Of a stretch of 64,000 nucleotides of DNA, positions 1 through 10,057 are shown in pieces. The notes beneath the pieces are model-generated. The model was not told where the DNA came from, searched no databases, and was given only the letters and a program-made list of their open reading frames with translations. The DNA is from an uncultured delta proteobacterium (GTDB lineage Bacteria; Desulfobacterota; Binatia; UBA9968): the NCBI GenBank assembly GCA_963737905.1, contig CAVTUQ010000002.1:544001-608000 (forward strand). Reading direction: 5' to 3'. How positions within the stretch are numbered: position 1 is the stretch's first letter; each line of letters opens with the position of its first letter. The position numbers and the translations under genes are program-made.

Positions 1-1727
1 GGGAAGCTACGCTCGGCACGGCACAGGTAACCCTCGACAAGCCTCCATTCTTCCGGATTGCCTCCCTTTGTTTTCACCGCGGCTTCGATCATTTCGCGCT
101 TCAAATTTTCGCAAGCATTATAGACGGCCGTTCCTAGTTGAATCGTAGTCCTCTGAGAGTTTACTCCCATAAACGCGAGCCTTAAGGCGGTATCGGGCTC
201 GGCTACCGATACCTGTTCCTGTGGTATCCCCAAAGATCTCGCCGCAATCACGCTTATGACATTGAAAATTCCTTGACCTAGATCCGGCGCGTTGTGACGA
301 ATGGTTATCAACCCTTTAGTATCGGCAATCGCCAACGCATCGGTTTGTCCACCCCCAAACGACCCATGACGCAAACCCAGAGCCATTCCCCGTCCTCGGA
401 TGTAGCGGGATTTAGCCGGTCTTGTTTCCTCCGTGTCGGCGGCGAAAGAATCTTCCGGACTTTCTGTAGCAGCCGTGACCCTGTCGATGAGCTCCAAAAA
501 ATCCGTGTCCATATGAGGGGTGCCTCTAGTAACAAATTCTCCTCTGACTAAAACATTCTTTCTTCGAAACGTCGTTGGTGCCATCCCCAGTTGTCGAGCG
601 ACACTATCGATTAGACATTCGATCGCCCAGGTCGTCTGAACCTTGCCTGTAGCGCGCGTATGCCCGGCAGGCACTTTATTGGTATAGGCGCACCGACCAT
701 GGATGCGTAGATGAGGAACACGATAACAGCCCCATGCGGAAATAACCGCGTTGTGCGTAGCCGTCGCGGCGCCCGTTGTATAGGCCCCGGTATCCACGAC
801 AATGTCCACCTGTAAGGCCGTTATCGTACCGTCGAGCTTGACTCCCATTTTGGCCTTGAAGAGCATCGCGTGACGAGAATTCTGTTTAAAACTTTCTTGT
901 GCGGAGGGAACTAACTTGATGGGTCGGCCGCCTATTTTCTTTGAGAGAAAGAGAGCGGCCAGGTGTGCGTTGGTGATGTTCTTGGAACCGAAGCCTCCGC
1001 CGATGAAAGGAACCCTGAGCCGGACGCTTTCTGGAGGAAGTCGAAAAAAATGGGCGATTTCATTTCCATCTCGAAAAGGAGCGTTGGTCGGCACCCAAAG
1101 ATCTATCTTGCCATCCGCATATTGGGCCATGCACCCGCCGACGTTTTCCATGGGATGGTGAAACATAGCAGGAGAATCGTAAGTTTCTTCAAAGATTCGA
1201 TCCGCCTCGTTGAATCCTTGTTCAACATGTCCCCATTCCATCCTATCTTGCAGAAGCAGGTTGGTTCCCTTTTGCTCGTGAATCAGTGGGGCCCCGGGGC
1301 TAAGCGCCTCCGTGGCATCATAGAGCTGTGGCAGAGGCTCATAGACGACGTCGATAAGATCTACGGCACGCTGTGCCGTCCGCAGATCTTCGGCAGCGAC
1401 GATAGCAACGACTTCGCCGTTGAAACGAACCTTGTCGATCGCGAGGAAGGGCTGATCTTCACTCAGCTTGAAGTGCTCGTTTCTCGGCAACGGCCGCAGC
1501 GGATGAAATCCTTCGAGATGATCGCGATGCAAAACGCCGAGAACACCGGGCAACTCAGTCGCTTTGCATGCATCGATAGACAAAATCTTTGCGTGAGAAT
1601 ACTCACTGGTGAGTACGGCACCGTAGGCAAGATCAGAAGGCTCGGGGAGATCTTCAATATATTTTGCCCCACCCGTTACTTTCGCCCGCATATCGATGCG
1701 GGGAGCATTTTGTAGACGTTCTCTCAT
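1..1727 (-). CDS. Xanthine dehydrogenase/CO dehydrogenase-family molybdopterin-binding large subunit (partial, runs off the left edge)
   Basis: Manual minus-strand translation from ATG 1727 is continuous: RIDMRAKVTGGAKY, SHAKILSIDASKA, DKVRFNGEVVAIVAA, VPFIGGGFGSK, AYTNKVP, DLGQG. Absent from the ORF track because no stop lies in the window. Confidence 0.92.
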   Translation of the reverse strand, partial: MRERLQNAPRIDMRAKVTGGAKYIEDLPEPSDLAYGAVLTSEYSHAKILSIDACKATELPGVLGVLHRDHLEGFHPLRPLPRNEHFKLSEDQPFLAIDKVRFNGEVVAIVAAEDLRTAQRAVDLIDVVYEPLPQLYDATEALSPGAPLIHEQKGTNLLLQDRMEWGHVEQGFNEADRIFEETYDSPAMFHHPMENVGGCMAQYADGKIDLWVPTNAPFRDGNEIAHFFRLPPESVRLRVPFIGGGFGSKNITNAHLAALFLSKKIGGRPIKLVPSAQESFKQNSRHAMLFKAKMGVKLDGTITALQVDIVVDTGAYTTGAATATHNAVISAWGCYRVPHLRIHGRCAYTNKVPAGHTRATGKVQTTWAIECLIDSVARQLGMAPTTFRRKNVLVRGEFVTRGTPHMDTDFLELIDRVTAATESPEDSFAADTEETRPAKSRYIRGRGMALGLRHGSFGGGQTDALAIADTKGLITIRHNAPDLGQGIFNVISVIAARSLGIPQEQVSVAEPDTALRLAFMGVNSQRTTIQLGTAVYNACENLKREMIEAAVKTKGGNPEEWRLVEGYLCRAERSF

Positions 1728-1758
1728 TCCTGTCGTCGCAGGCATCGGCTTGGTTCCT

Positions 1759-2739
1759 CTATTTAGTGATGCCCAATTCGCGCCGGGCCTCTCGCAAAGC
1801 GCTGTCATCCACGATCTCGTCTATGGCAATCGGCCGAGTGATACCCAAAGAGCTCCGAAAACCGTCGATCACCACGCGCAGCCCGTCCTCCGGTATGTTC
1901 GCGTCATGACTAAAATATTTCCATGCGGAGTCATAAGAGGCCTCCGCCAATTCCGGCTTCGTTTTGGTCCATTCGATCAACACTCGAATTGTTCCGTCTC
2001 TATTCTTGCGGATGTAATTGTTTGCTTTGATGAGCGCTCGAATCGCCCTTTTTACCTGGTCCGGTCGCTCTTTGATTTTTTTGGTATTCGTTCCCAACCC
2101 ATTGTAGGGAAAAGTAAAAATATCACCCGCCCGAGCTAATACGTTGAAGCCCAATTTCTTGCCTTCATAGTCAATCGGCGGGGCCACAATGATGGCATCC
2201 ACGATGCCTTCTTTTAGCGCGGCTAATCGGGCGGCATCCGTGCCGAGGCCAATGGCTTTGATTTCCTTTTCCGGGTCAACGCCGAAATGCCTCAAGACCA
2301 TCCGACCCACGACATCCGGCGTTGATCCATAGGATGGGATGCCGATGGTTTTTCCTCGCAAATCTTTCATCGATTTGAATTCCGACCGGGCAACAAAAAC
2401 AATCGGGGTCCGATCTTGGGAACAGGCGACCAGCTTGAGGGGAGCGCCCTTGATCGCGGCGCCGATAAGAGAACCGATCAACGCTGAAAAATCGATGTCG
2501 CCGGTCACCGCCGCCGTCGTCGCCACGTTGGGATTCATCCGGATGACTTCGGAATCAAATCCCTCTTCCTTGAAAAAACCTCTCGAATGCGCGACTCCCA
2601 TCGAGAGGCTTGAGAGATTGTAATTGGAGACTCCGATCCTGAGTCTTTCAGCTCCGTAAGCGGATCCCAGCGACAAAGCCAGGAGTGCGATGATCGTGCG
2701 ACTAACAAGATTCATGGGATTCTCATTATTCCGATCCAT
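1759..2739 (-). CDS. ABC transporter substrate-binding protein, NMT1/THI5-SsuA/TauA-like
   Basis: Signal peptide; GFFKEEG, GDIDF, KDLRGKTIGI, ARLAALKEGIVDA motifs. Confidence 0.88.
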   Translation of the reverse strand: MDRNNENPMNLVSRTIIALLALSLGSAYGAERLRIGVSNYNLSSLSMGVAHSRGFFKEEGFDSEVIRMNPNVATTAAVTGDIDFSALIGSLIGAAIKGAPLKLVACSQDRTPIVFVARSEFKSMKDLRGKTIGIPSYGSTPDVVGRMVLRHFGVDPEKEIKAIGLGTDAARLAALKEGIVDAIIVAPPIDYEGKKLGFNVLARAGDIFTFPYNGLGTNTKKIKERPDQVKRAIRALIKANNYIRKNRDGTIRVLIEWTKTKPELAEASYDSAWKYFSHDANIPEDGLRVVIDGFRSSLGITRPIAIDEIVDDSALREARRELGITK

Positions 2740-2797
2740 CGCAAAGTATACCCGTCGGACTGATTGGCTTAGGATTCGCTTGTGCCATTTCTCAGGT

Positions 2798-3469
2798 TTA
2801 GGCGTATGCCTGGTAAAGCCCGTCGAACTTCATGATATTCAGCCGCACAATCCAATCGGCGACATCATAAACGATCTGTTCCTCTCCCGGGGCGCAGTGT
2901 CGACTGACGTAATTCGCGGCATCCTTTGTGTGCTCCTCATCGGCGACCTTGTGCATCGTAAAGAACTGGCAACCTTGATCGTTTAGACCATAGTGCTTGC
3001 GTAAATGAGTATCGAATTCGTCTGAATAGCGAGTGAGGATAGTCTCGTTGGTAAACCCGGAGATGCGGGTTTCTATCGGCGAGCCTAAATATCGATTGCG
3101 AAGGACAACACTCATGTGCAGTAGATTCTCGAATGTCGGTCGCGCTTTCTGAAAGTCTTCGTCTTTAAGCCCCATCGCCGCACCAAAGCGCTTGACCAGA
3201 TTCGGATGATGTTGTTCCTCGGTGAACTTCTCGGCAAACGCACCGTAGAGCTCGGCATCGTGCGCATATTTGAACATGCAAATGACCTGGCCCTTGGCGA
3301 TCGTGATGTTGTAAAGATAGTGCTGTAACGCCCAGGCTTGAATTCTGCGCTTCGAGAGTTTTCCCGAACGAAGCTCCGTGAAATAATTGCTTTCAAGTAG
3401 TCGTTTAATCCCCGGCTCGATCACCTCGGACATAACAGATTCTATTACCGTTGGCTTCTCAGCCTTCAT
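2798..3469 (-). CDS. Heme-oxygenase-like (TenA/PqqC/CADD superfamily) iron-containing redox protein
   Basis: All-helical 223 aa with EEQHH and FFTMHKVADEEH metal-ligand motifs; 'ELRSGKLSKRRIQAWALQHY' is a typical family N-terminus. Confidence 0.75.
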   Translation of the reverse strand: MKAEKPTVIESVMSEVIEPGIKRLLESNYFTELRSGKLSKRRIQAWALQHYLYNITIAKGQVICMFKYAHDAELYGAFAEKFTEEQHHPNLVKRFGAAMGLKDEDFQKARPTFENLLHMSVVLRNRYLGSPIETRISGFTNETILTRYSDEFDTHLRKHYGLNDQGCQFFTMHKVADEEHTKDAANYVSRHCAPGEEQIVYDVADWIVRLNIMKFDGLYQAYA

Positions 3470-3537
3470 CGTAGATAAACCTCCTCGCTTTAGTATTTAA
3501 CCTGCGACCTGTTCCATCGAGATCATTCGCTCGCCGC

Positions 3538-4551
3538 TCATGCTTTCATAACTTCTTCGCGATAGTAGCCGAGGGCGCTGAGCGCCGGCTTATTGCTCAT
3601 CACGAAGAGAATGGCCGGTTCAGTCGACCGATTCTCGTGATAATGGAAGTGCCAAAGCGGCACCGAGAACGAGTCGCCACATTCCCATTCATAGCGGACA
3701 TTGTCGATAACCGTAATGCCCTTGCCTTTGAATACATGATAAACGGTTGAGCTCGTGTGGCGATGGACCCAGGTTTTTTCACCAGGCCTCAGCATTTGAA
3801 TGCCACAGGCGAGTGTCGGGAGTGTAGAGCCGCCGGTTAGCGGGTTCACATATTCGAGAAGTATTCCTTCGTAGGGATCTCCCGGTTTCTCTCCCAACTG
3901 TTTGAGCGTTTTCTCGGTTTCCTTCCAACTGTAACGATACCCCGGAGGCTGATTGGAAACCTGCCGGAGCCAGCTGGGTCGAACCAGATTGAACTCGGCA
4001 AGCGTGGTTCCCGCTGCTTTGGAGACTGTTTGCTTGCCATCTTCATGCGGCTCATGAAAACCGACTTCGAAAAAACGCATCAGAGGGGAATCCAAGGCAT
4101 CGATCCACAGAACCGGCTGATTGGAGTTGTTGACGTGCTCATGCCAGGTCCAATTGGGATTGGTAAGAAAGTCACCTTCCTCCATGTCGAAGGACTCACC
4201 CTCAACCACACAGCTAGCTCCCTTGCCCTTAATGACGAATCGTACCCCGGCTTGCGTATGTCGATGGGCGATAGCGTGTTCGCCGGGCTGTAGCATTTGA
4301 ATATTGAACTGAAAAGTGTGAGCCGTAGTGCCTTTGGAAGGACTGCACAGACGGATAACCCTTCTAGAAACCGTTTCCAAACCAACTACTTCACCGGCCT
4401 GAACAATCGCGTCCTGGACATCTTTCCACTTCCAAAGGCAGGGTTCGAAGCTTGAAACCGGTTCGCGATAGACTTCTCCTTCCGAAGTTTCCCAGTAACC
4501 CGCCAAATTTTTTTTCTTTAGCTCCGAACTAAACTCCTTCAAGTCTCTCAT
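3538..4551 (-). CDS. Gentisate 1,2-dioxygenase-like bicupin ring-cleavage dioxygenase
   Basis: QMLQPGEHAIAHRHT, PNWTWHEH, EYVNPLTGG, QMLRPGEKTWVHRHTSSTVYHV motifs. Confidence 0.88.
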   Translation of the reverse strand: MRDLKEFSSELKKKNLAGYWETSEGEVYREPVSSFEPCLWKWKDVQDAIVQAGEVVGLETVSRRVIRLCSPSKGTTAHTFQFNIQMLQPGEHAIAHRHTQAGVRFVIKGKGASCVVEGESFDMEEGDFLTNPNWTWHEHVNNSNQPVLWIDALDSPLMRFFEVGFHEPHEDGKQTVSKAAGTTLAEFNLVRPSWLRQVSNQPPGYRYSWKETEKTLKQLGEKPGDPYEGILLEYVNPLTGGSTLPTLACGIQMLRPGEKTWVHRHTSSTVYHVFKGKGITVIDNVRYEWECGDSFSVPLWHFHYHENRSTEPAILFVMSNKPALSALGYYREEVMKA

Positions 4552-4926
4552 AAACCGACCTCACACCCAAAAGCCCTAAAGGCATTTTTACCAAGACCAG
4601 ATCGCTTTCGTCTGTGTTTAGATCATCCCGTTGCATCAACTCTCCAGTCGCCATGATTCGGCTACCGCCAGACTTAGCTTTTCCACTCGACTCAATTTGC
4701 AGAAATTATGTGCTTGCGTTGAGCTTGTCAATCCAATTGTTCCGAGTCTTGCAATGCACTAACTTGAAAAGCAGGGTGTCCAAAGCTTCCACCCGTGCTT
4801 TCAGCTTCTTTCCTGGTCATTTCAAATCTGTATACTGGGTATAATTCGAGGACCAGCGCTGCAAGCGAATCATCGTTAAGACAACCCGGAAGTAGACATC
4901 CAAACACCATATCGACGCGAGGGTTA

Positions 4927-6897
4927 ATGAAACAGGCCGAACCGAAAAATCCTGTGTGGGACTCGACGCGCTCCATCCTGGTGACCGCCGTAATCGATAA
5001 GTGCAATATGCGGTTCGTGGCTGTTGGCCTGCTGGGGTTGGTCATCGACCTCCTGTTATTCCAACTGTTCTTTGCCTTAGGACTAAGCTTTGAAGCCTCT
5101 CAAATCACCAGTTTTTTTGCGGGGGCGATCCTTAATTTCTCGCTGAACCTTCATCGAAGCGCATCGGAGCTAAAATCATCTAGCTTTCGATGGATGCTCC
5201 ATGCCAGATTCTTGTTGGTGGCGCTTCTGGCACTGCTTCTTCGCAGCGCTGTTCTTATGCTGCTCATCGGGACCTGGCATTGGCAGCCGCAGACAGCCAT
5301 CGTGGTGGGGATCCTTATGGCCACTGCTGCTTTTCTCGTGGGGTCGGTTTTTTTTATAGATCTTCAATCCGATGCGAATAGTGACCCCACCCTCCGCTGG
5401 CCAGTGGTGACGATCGGCGTTGTAAGCTATGCCTTGATCCTTAAGTTGATCTTCATGGGCTGTGTGAATCTGATTCCAGAGGAGGCCTATTACTGGAACT
5501 ATGCCCAGCATTTGGATTGGGGTTATCTCGATCATCCACCCATGGTTGCTTGGTTGATCTGGCTTTCCACATCTATATTTGGCAAATCCGAAGTTTCTGT
5601 TCGCCTGCCGGCTTATATCTGTTGGATCATCGCAGGCATGTTCATGTTCCGTCTCACTCTGAACCTCTATGACAGGACTGCCGCTTTCCGAACTATTCTA
5701 CTTCTGGCGGTGCTGCCAATTTATTTTGGCCTGGGCTTTTTCATGACACCAGACGCCCCTCTGTACGCTGCTTGGGCTGGCTGCCTCTACTTCCTGGAGC
5801 GCGCACTGATTGCTCAGAACCGCCGAGCATGGTGGGGGGTGGGACTGTGCTTAGGGCTCGGAATGCTGTCGAAATACACGGCTGCGCTTCTGGGCCTTGG
5901 GACGTTGACGTTTTTGTTGATTGACCGGCGGTCCCGACGTTGGCTATTCCGGCCCGAGCCCTATATCGCGGCACTCACGGCTGTCATCCTCTTTTCACCC
6001 GTAATCCTCTGGAACTTGCGGAACGGATGGATGTCTTTTATCTTTCAGGGATCTAATCGTTGGACGGGCAGTCATGATTTCTCTCTCCACCTGCTGATTG
6101 GGACCATTCTACTTCTCCTTACCCCCACGGCCATGCTCGCCATTGTGCGGGTCCTTTTACCGCACAAGTTGGAAGGAGCGAGCACTGCTCCTACTAATAA
6201 TAAGAAGCAACAATATTTCTGGGCCGTCACATTCACGCTCGTGCCTCTCTCTGTGTTTGTAATCTACAGCCTCCTCTACAAGCCAAAACTCAATTGGACG
6301 GCACCGATCTGGCTGGCGGTGATTCCGCTGCTCGCCTGGGATATGGTCCCTCCCTGGGGTCAGATTAAAGGGTCGCTCGCGCAGTTCAGTCGGCGATTGT
6401 GGATGCCAACTATCATTGCTCTTCTCTTCATCGATGGTGGAGCTTTCTATTATATCTCGCTGGGATTACCCGGCGCGGGTCCAATGACAGCGGATCGTCT
6501 TTTTGGAGAGTGGCGAATACTTGCAAACAGCGTTGAGACGGTTGAGAGACGGGTTAAGCTGGAAACGGGATCTAAACCGGTTATTGTTGGCATGGACAAG
6601 AACTTTATCTCAAGCGAGCTCAGTTTCTATGACTCAGTTGACCATGACGGACCCAAAAATACGGGAGGGGTTCATTTTTTTGGTAGCCGAAGCCTGATGT
6701 GGGCTGTCTGGTTTCCCCGGTCGGCGGCGGTTGGCAGGGATTTCCTGATGATTGACCTTAATCGCAAAAGCCTTACGTTCCCATCGCTGCCCCAGTATTT
6801 TGACATGGTCGGTGATGTTTTCGAGGAAACATTAACCAGAGACGGGCGGGTGGTTGGATATTTTTACTGGCGTGTCGGCTATCGCTACCGGGGCTGA
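4927..6897 (+). CDS. GtrA-like domain fused to GT39/ArnT-PMT-family (GT-C) glycosyltransferase
   Basis: N-terminal RFVAVGLLG.. GtrA-like TM block; PEEAYYWNYAQHLDWGYLDHPPMVAW, MTPDAP and LSKYT motifs. Start codon uncertain. Confidence 0.87.
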   Translation: MKQAEPKNPVWDSTRSILVTAVIDKCNMRFVAVGLLGLVIDLLLFQLFFALGLSFEASQITSFFAGAILNFSLNLHRSASELKSSSFRWMLHARFLLVALLALLLRSAVLMLLIGTWHWQPQTAIVVGILMATAAFLVGSVFFIDLQSDANSDPTLRWPVVTIGVVSYALILKLIFMGCVNLIPEEAYYWNYAQHLDWGYLDHPPMVAWLIWLSTSIFGKSEVSVRLPAYICWIIAGMFMFRLTLNLYDRTAAFRTILLLAVLPIYFGLGFFMTPDAPLYAAWAGCLYFLERALIAQNRRAWWGVGLCLGLGMLSKYTAALLGLGTLTFLLIDRRSRRWLFRPEPYIAALTAVILFSPVILWNLRNGWMSFIFQGSNRWTGSHDFSLHLLIGTILLLLTPTAMLAIVRVLLPHKLEGASTAPTNNKKQQYFWAVTFTLVPLSVFVIYSLLYKPKLNWTAPIWLAVIPLLAWDMVPPWGQIKGSLAQFSRRLWMPTIIALLFIDGGAFYYISLGLPGAGPMTADRLFGEWRILANSVETVERRVKLETGSKPVIVGMDKNFISSELSFYDSVDHDGPKNTGGVHFFGSRSLMWAVWFPRSAAVGRDFLMIDLNRKSLTFPSLPQYFDMVGDVFEETLTRDGRVVGYFYWRVGYRYRG

Positions 6898-6917
6898 TAT
6901 TCGCGACAAAACGGCCC

Positions 6918-8327
6918 ATGATCAAAGCCTCAACAATGCGACAGGTAGATCGATGGCTGGGCGTACCCCTATGCCTCGCCTTGACTGCGGTCCGGCGGCT
7001 GCTTGACTGCTTTGACCGAACGGCGTCCCAGGAGCCACTGCGCCGTATCCTGTTTGTGAAGCTGGTGGAGCAGGGCTCGAGTGTATTGGCCTGTTCCGCA
7101 ATTCGTAGAGCTGTCGAACTGGTCGGCCGAGAAAACGTTTTTTTTCTGGTTTTCGAAGAGAACCGTTTTATCCTGGATGCCATGGGACTCATACCGCTTG
7201 AGAACATCATCGCCATCCGTACCGATGGAATCACTCGGGCGGCGATCGAGGCGCTTCAGGTAATCCGCCGCATCCGAAGGCTTGGGATTAATACAGCAAT
7301 TGACCTGGAGTTCTTTGCGCGGTCTTCGGCAGCTTTGGTTTTCTTGAGCGGCGCTCGTTACCGGGTGGGTTTTCACGCGTTCGGAGGAGAGGGACCTTAT
7401 CGAGGTGATCTTTTTACCCACCGCCTGCGCTTTAACCCTTACTTGCACACCGCGCAAACGTTTCGCATGCTGGTCGAGGCGCTCACGATTCAGGGGGACC
7501 GTTTACCGACTTTCGAACTGGAGCCCGTCCTGGCCGAGGATCTACCGCCCCCTTTTTGCTCGAGTCCGACCGAGGTCGATCAAGCGCGTAGGTTGGTGCG
7601 CGATGCCTCCTCCAACGCAGGCTTTCAACCTTTGATTCTACTAAACCCCAACTGTAGTGATTTGCTGCCCCTGCGCCGCTGGCCAACCGAACGTTACGTA
7701 GAGCTCGCTCGACGCTTGATCGATAGATACCCAGGATTGCACATTGGCATGACCGGTGGACCGACCGAAGGCCCCACTATTGCCGCCCTCGTCGCGCAAG
7801 TCGGATCGGACCGCTGCTTTAATCTTGCTGGGCGTACCACACTTCGCCAGCTCTTGGTGATCTATGGACTGGCAGAAGTTTTGGTGACGAATGATAGTGG
7901 TCCAGCGCACTTTGCGGCGCTCACGCCGGTCGACGTAGTGACCCTGTTCGGGCCGGAAAACCCGCGGCTTTTTGCGGCCCGTACGGCTCGCAACCACGTG
8001 TTCTGGGCTGGCATCGCGTGCAGCCCATGCGTCAGTGCGCTCAACGGACGCACCTCACCTTGCAAGGACAACGTCTGCATGCAGCGTATCAACGTGGACC
8101 GTGTGTTCGAAGAAGTCTGCCGCATATACGAGGCGCGGGCGGGCGGCATCGAAGCAAACAAACTTCCGAAAAACTTACTGACGATCAGATGCCCACCTGA
8201 CTGTATCTCTGGAATTTTTGGGTGTCCTTGTTTTCGCCTGATCCCGTCCTCGATCCGTAATCAGGTTGGCGATTCGGCTCCGACGAGCGACTCAATTTTT
8301 GGTTGTTCAGGCTTTCATGTGAAGTGA
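6918..8327 (+). CDS. Glycosyltransferase family 9 (ADP-heptose:LPS heptosyltransferase-like)
   Basis: RRWPTERY, NLAGRTTL, VTNDSGPAHFAA, VTLFGP and the CSPC..C..CM Cys cluster. The last ~60 aa look non-conserved. Confidence 0.9.
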   Translation: MIKASTMRQVDRWLGVPLCLALTAVRRLLDCFDRTASQEPLRRILFVKLVEQGSSVLACSAIRRAVELVGRENVFFLVFEENRFILDAMGLIPLENIIAIRTDGITRAAIEALQVIRRIRRLGINTAIDLEFFARSSAALVFLSGARYRVGFHAFGGEGPYRGDLFTHRLRFNPYLHTAQTFRMLVEALTIQGDRLPTFELEPVLAEDLPPPFCSSPTEVDQARRLVRDASSNAGFQPLILLNPNCSDLLPLRRWPTERYVELARRLIDRYPGLHIGMTGGPTEGPTIAALVAQVGSDRCFNLAGRTTLRQLLVIYGLAEVLVTNDSGPAHFAALTPVDVVTLFGPENPRLFAARTARNHVFWAGIACSPCVSALNGRTSPCKDNVCMQRINVDRVFEEVCRIYEARAGGIEANKLPKNLLTIRCPPDCISGIFGCPCFRLIPSSIRNQVGDSAPTSDSIFGCSGFHVK

Positions 8328-8479
8328 GGCTCGGAGATTGGACTGCGGAGGGCGCAGGTATGCGAGTTCTTGATTAGTGAACTGCGTCTGGTTGCGGCAT
8401 AGCCGTGCTATGCCTCTGCGGTGAATGCTTCTTCACAGGAAACCCGGAATAGCCAAGATAGAATCTATTTGGGTCTCCC

Positions 8480-8515
8480 TTGCATATTTATGCTTACCTC
8501 AGTATGCTTTCATGC
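8480..8515 (+). promoter_or_regulatory. Putative sigma70 promoter of vapBC, leaderless geometry, overlapping a GCAT-N4-ATGC inverted repeat
   Basis: TTGCAT (8480-85), 17 bp, TATGCT (8503-08), 7 bp, ATG 8516; no Shine-Dalgarno; palindrome gcatatttatgc. Confidence 0.55.
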
Positions 8516-8752
8516 ATGAGGACGACCATTGAGATCAGCGACGAGCTTTGCCGACAGCTCAAGCGTAAAGCGGCGGACGAAGGTGTAACGATTCGTCAGG
8601 TGGTGGAAAGCGCGCTCCGGGTTTACCTCGGTAAACAAACAAGGCGCAAAGGTTACCAGCTTAAATGGAAACCAGAACGAGGCCGAATATTGCCCGGCGT
8701 TCGGCTCGACGACCGCGACGCCCTTTTTGATTTAATGGATGGCCGACGGTGA
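8516..8752 (+). CDS. vapB: VapB-type ribbon-helix-helix antitoxin
   Basis: MRTTIEISDEL.. RHH start; GTGA overlap with the downstream PIN gene. Confidence 0.85.
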   Translation: MRTTIEISDELCRQLKRKAADEGVTIRQVVESALRVYLGKQTRRKGYQLKWKPERGRILPGVRLDDRDALFDLMDGRR

Positions 8753-9189
8753 TCGCGCTGGACACAAACATCTTGGTTTATGCGAGGCGGGAAGAGACAT
8801 CGCATCACGCGCGGGCCAGAGAAATTCTCAAACAATTGGCGGAGGGAGAACAGCCGTGGGCGCTTCCGTGGCCGTGCATTTATGAATTCATTCGAGTGGT
8901 GACTCACCCTCGCGTTTTCGATCCGCCAACGGACCTCGAAAGCGCCATCGACGACCTGGATTCGTTGCTCCAATCACCGTCCTTGACCTTGCTGCAGGAA
9001 GGACCGCGCCATTCCGTATTCATGCAGCGGCTTCTCAGGTCGGGGGAAGCGGCCGGCAATCTTGCTCATGACGCGCATATCGCTGCATTAATCGTTGAGC
9101 ATGGGGTTGGCGAATTATGGACTGCCGATCGCGACTTTGCACGCTTTCCCGGAATTCGCGTGCGAAATCCGTTTAATACGCAAAACTGA
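8749..9189 (+). CDS. vapC: VapC PIN-domain toxin
   Basis: IALDTNILVYA, YEFIRVVT, HDAHIAA, WTADRDF acidic PIN motifs. Confidence 0.93.
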   Translation: MIALDTNILVYARREETSHHARAREILKQLAEGEQPWALPWPCIYEFIRVVTHPRVFDPPTDLESAIDDLDSLLQSPSLTLLQEGPRHSVFMQRLLRSGEAAGNLAHDAHIAALIVEHGVGELWTADRDFARFPGIRVRNPFNTQN

Positions 9190-9316
9190 TATCCGCTTCT
9201 TGTCTGGCGCCATCAAACCTGTCAGGACTCCACTTGACATGAGTCATCACCTAAGCTCTTCAGACTTTCGTGCGGCCCATCACGGGGCGCGGGTCGCGAG
9301 AAAAAATCCGTCCATG

Positions 9317-9397
9317 CTTCGAGAATCTCAGTACGAACGGGGTGGCTTAATCGGTATACCTCAAGTACTTAGCCGTTCGTCCTGAGCCCGGTCGAAG
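9317..9397. repeat. REP-like palindromic element
   Basis: cttcga..ctcagtacgaacgg pairs with ccgttcgtcctgag..tcgaag; related core inside 40869-40999 and a partial copy near 24306-24330. Confidence 0.65.
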
Positions 9398-9617
9398 GGA
9401 CGCCAAGAACCAAAGAAAAAATTTCTTCTTACTTGTCCCAACTTGGCGGCCTTTGCGCCTTTGCGCTCGCGGCCTCTCGTCGTCTTCCGATACTGCCATT
9501 GATTGACAACTTCGACACGATTATTGTCAGATTGTCTTTTCGTGGCGCCCGAAGGCACGGATTTCCAGGCTTTTCTTCCTGGTGTGTGTTTTGCTTTCCT
9601 GTCCTGGTGTAGAAACT

Positions 9618-9809
9618 ATGGTCGCGAAAAAAATAGATATACCTAATCCGGCACTCCGTCGTAAATCAATGGAGCTACTCAAGAACATCATCCGGATGCT
9701 CCAGGAGATTTTATCTTCCGGCGATGAAGAAGGCTTTCGTCGGCTCGAGGAAACAATCCGCGTTTTGGAACAAACCCGTCACAAGCCACGTGGCCACGCA
9801 GTTCACTGA
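9618..9809 (+). CDS. Small hypothetical protein
   Basis: 63-aa amphipathic helical ORF in an otherwise empty intergenic space. Confidence 0.45.
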   Translation: MVAKKIDIPNPALRRKSMELLKNIIRMLQEILSSGDEEGFRRLEETIRVLEQTRHKPRGHAVH

Positions 9810-10057
9810 TCTCCCGGATCTGCGGTAACCTTCCATAGAAAATTATCCCGTTTGTATTTCTCTTCGAGGATCGCTTGTCCGATGGAGCGACAGAAGCGAA
9901 AGACAGATTGAATTGATCAGTTTCAGTTCCTATAGTTGAGTATTCGCCGTGGTGTGAAACCCAGGCAGAGAATTTAATTTGCTGCTTCCGCAGCTTAGAT
10001 AGCCGATCCGTTAAAGCGTTTTCTCATCGCTCTTTAACCTCAAGAGGATCAAAGATA

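Noticed and set aside
963-1715. 250-aa plus-strand ORF and many similar long antisense ORFs (e.g. 21779-22846, 28724-29662, 30041-30931, 41031-41783)
   Set aside because: They are shadows of well-supported opposite-strand genes in GC-rich DNA and have no motifs.
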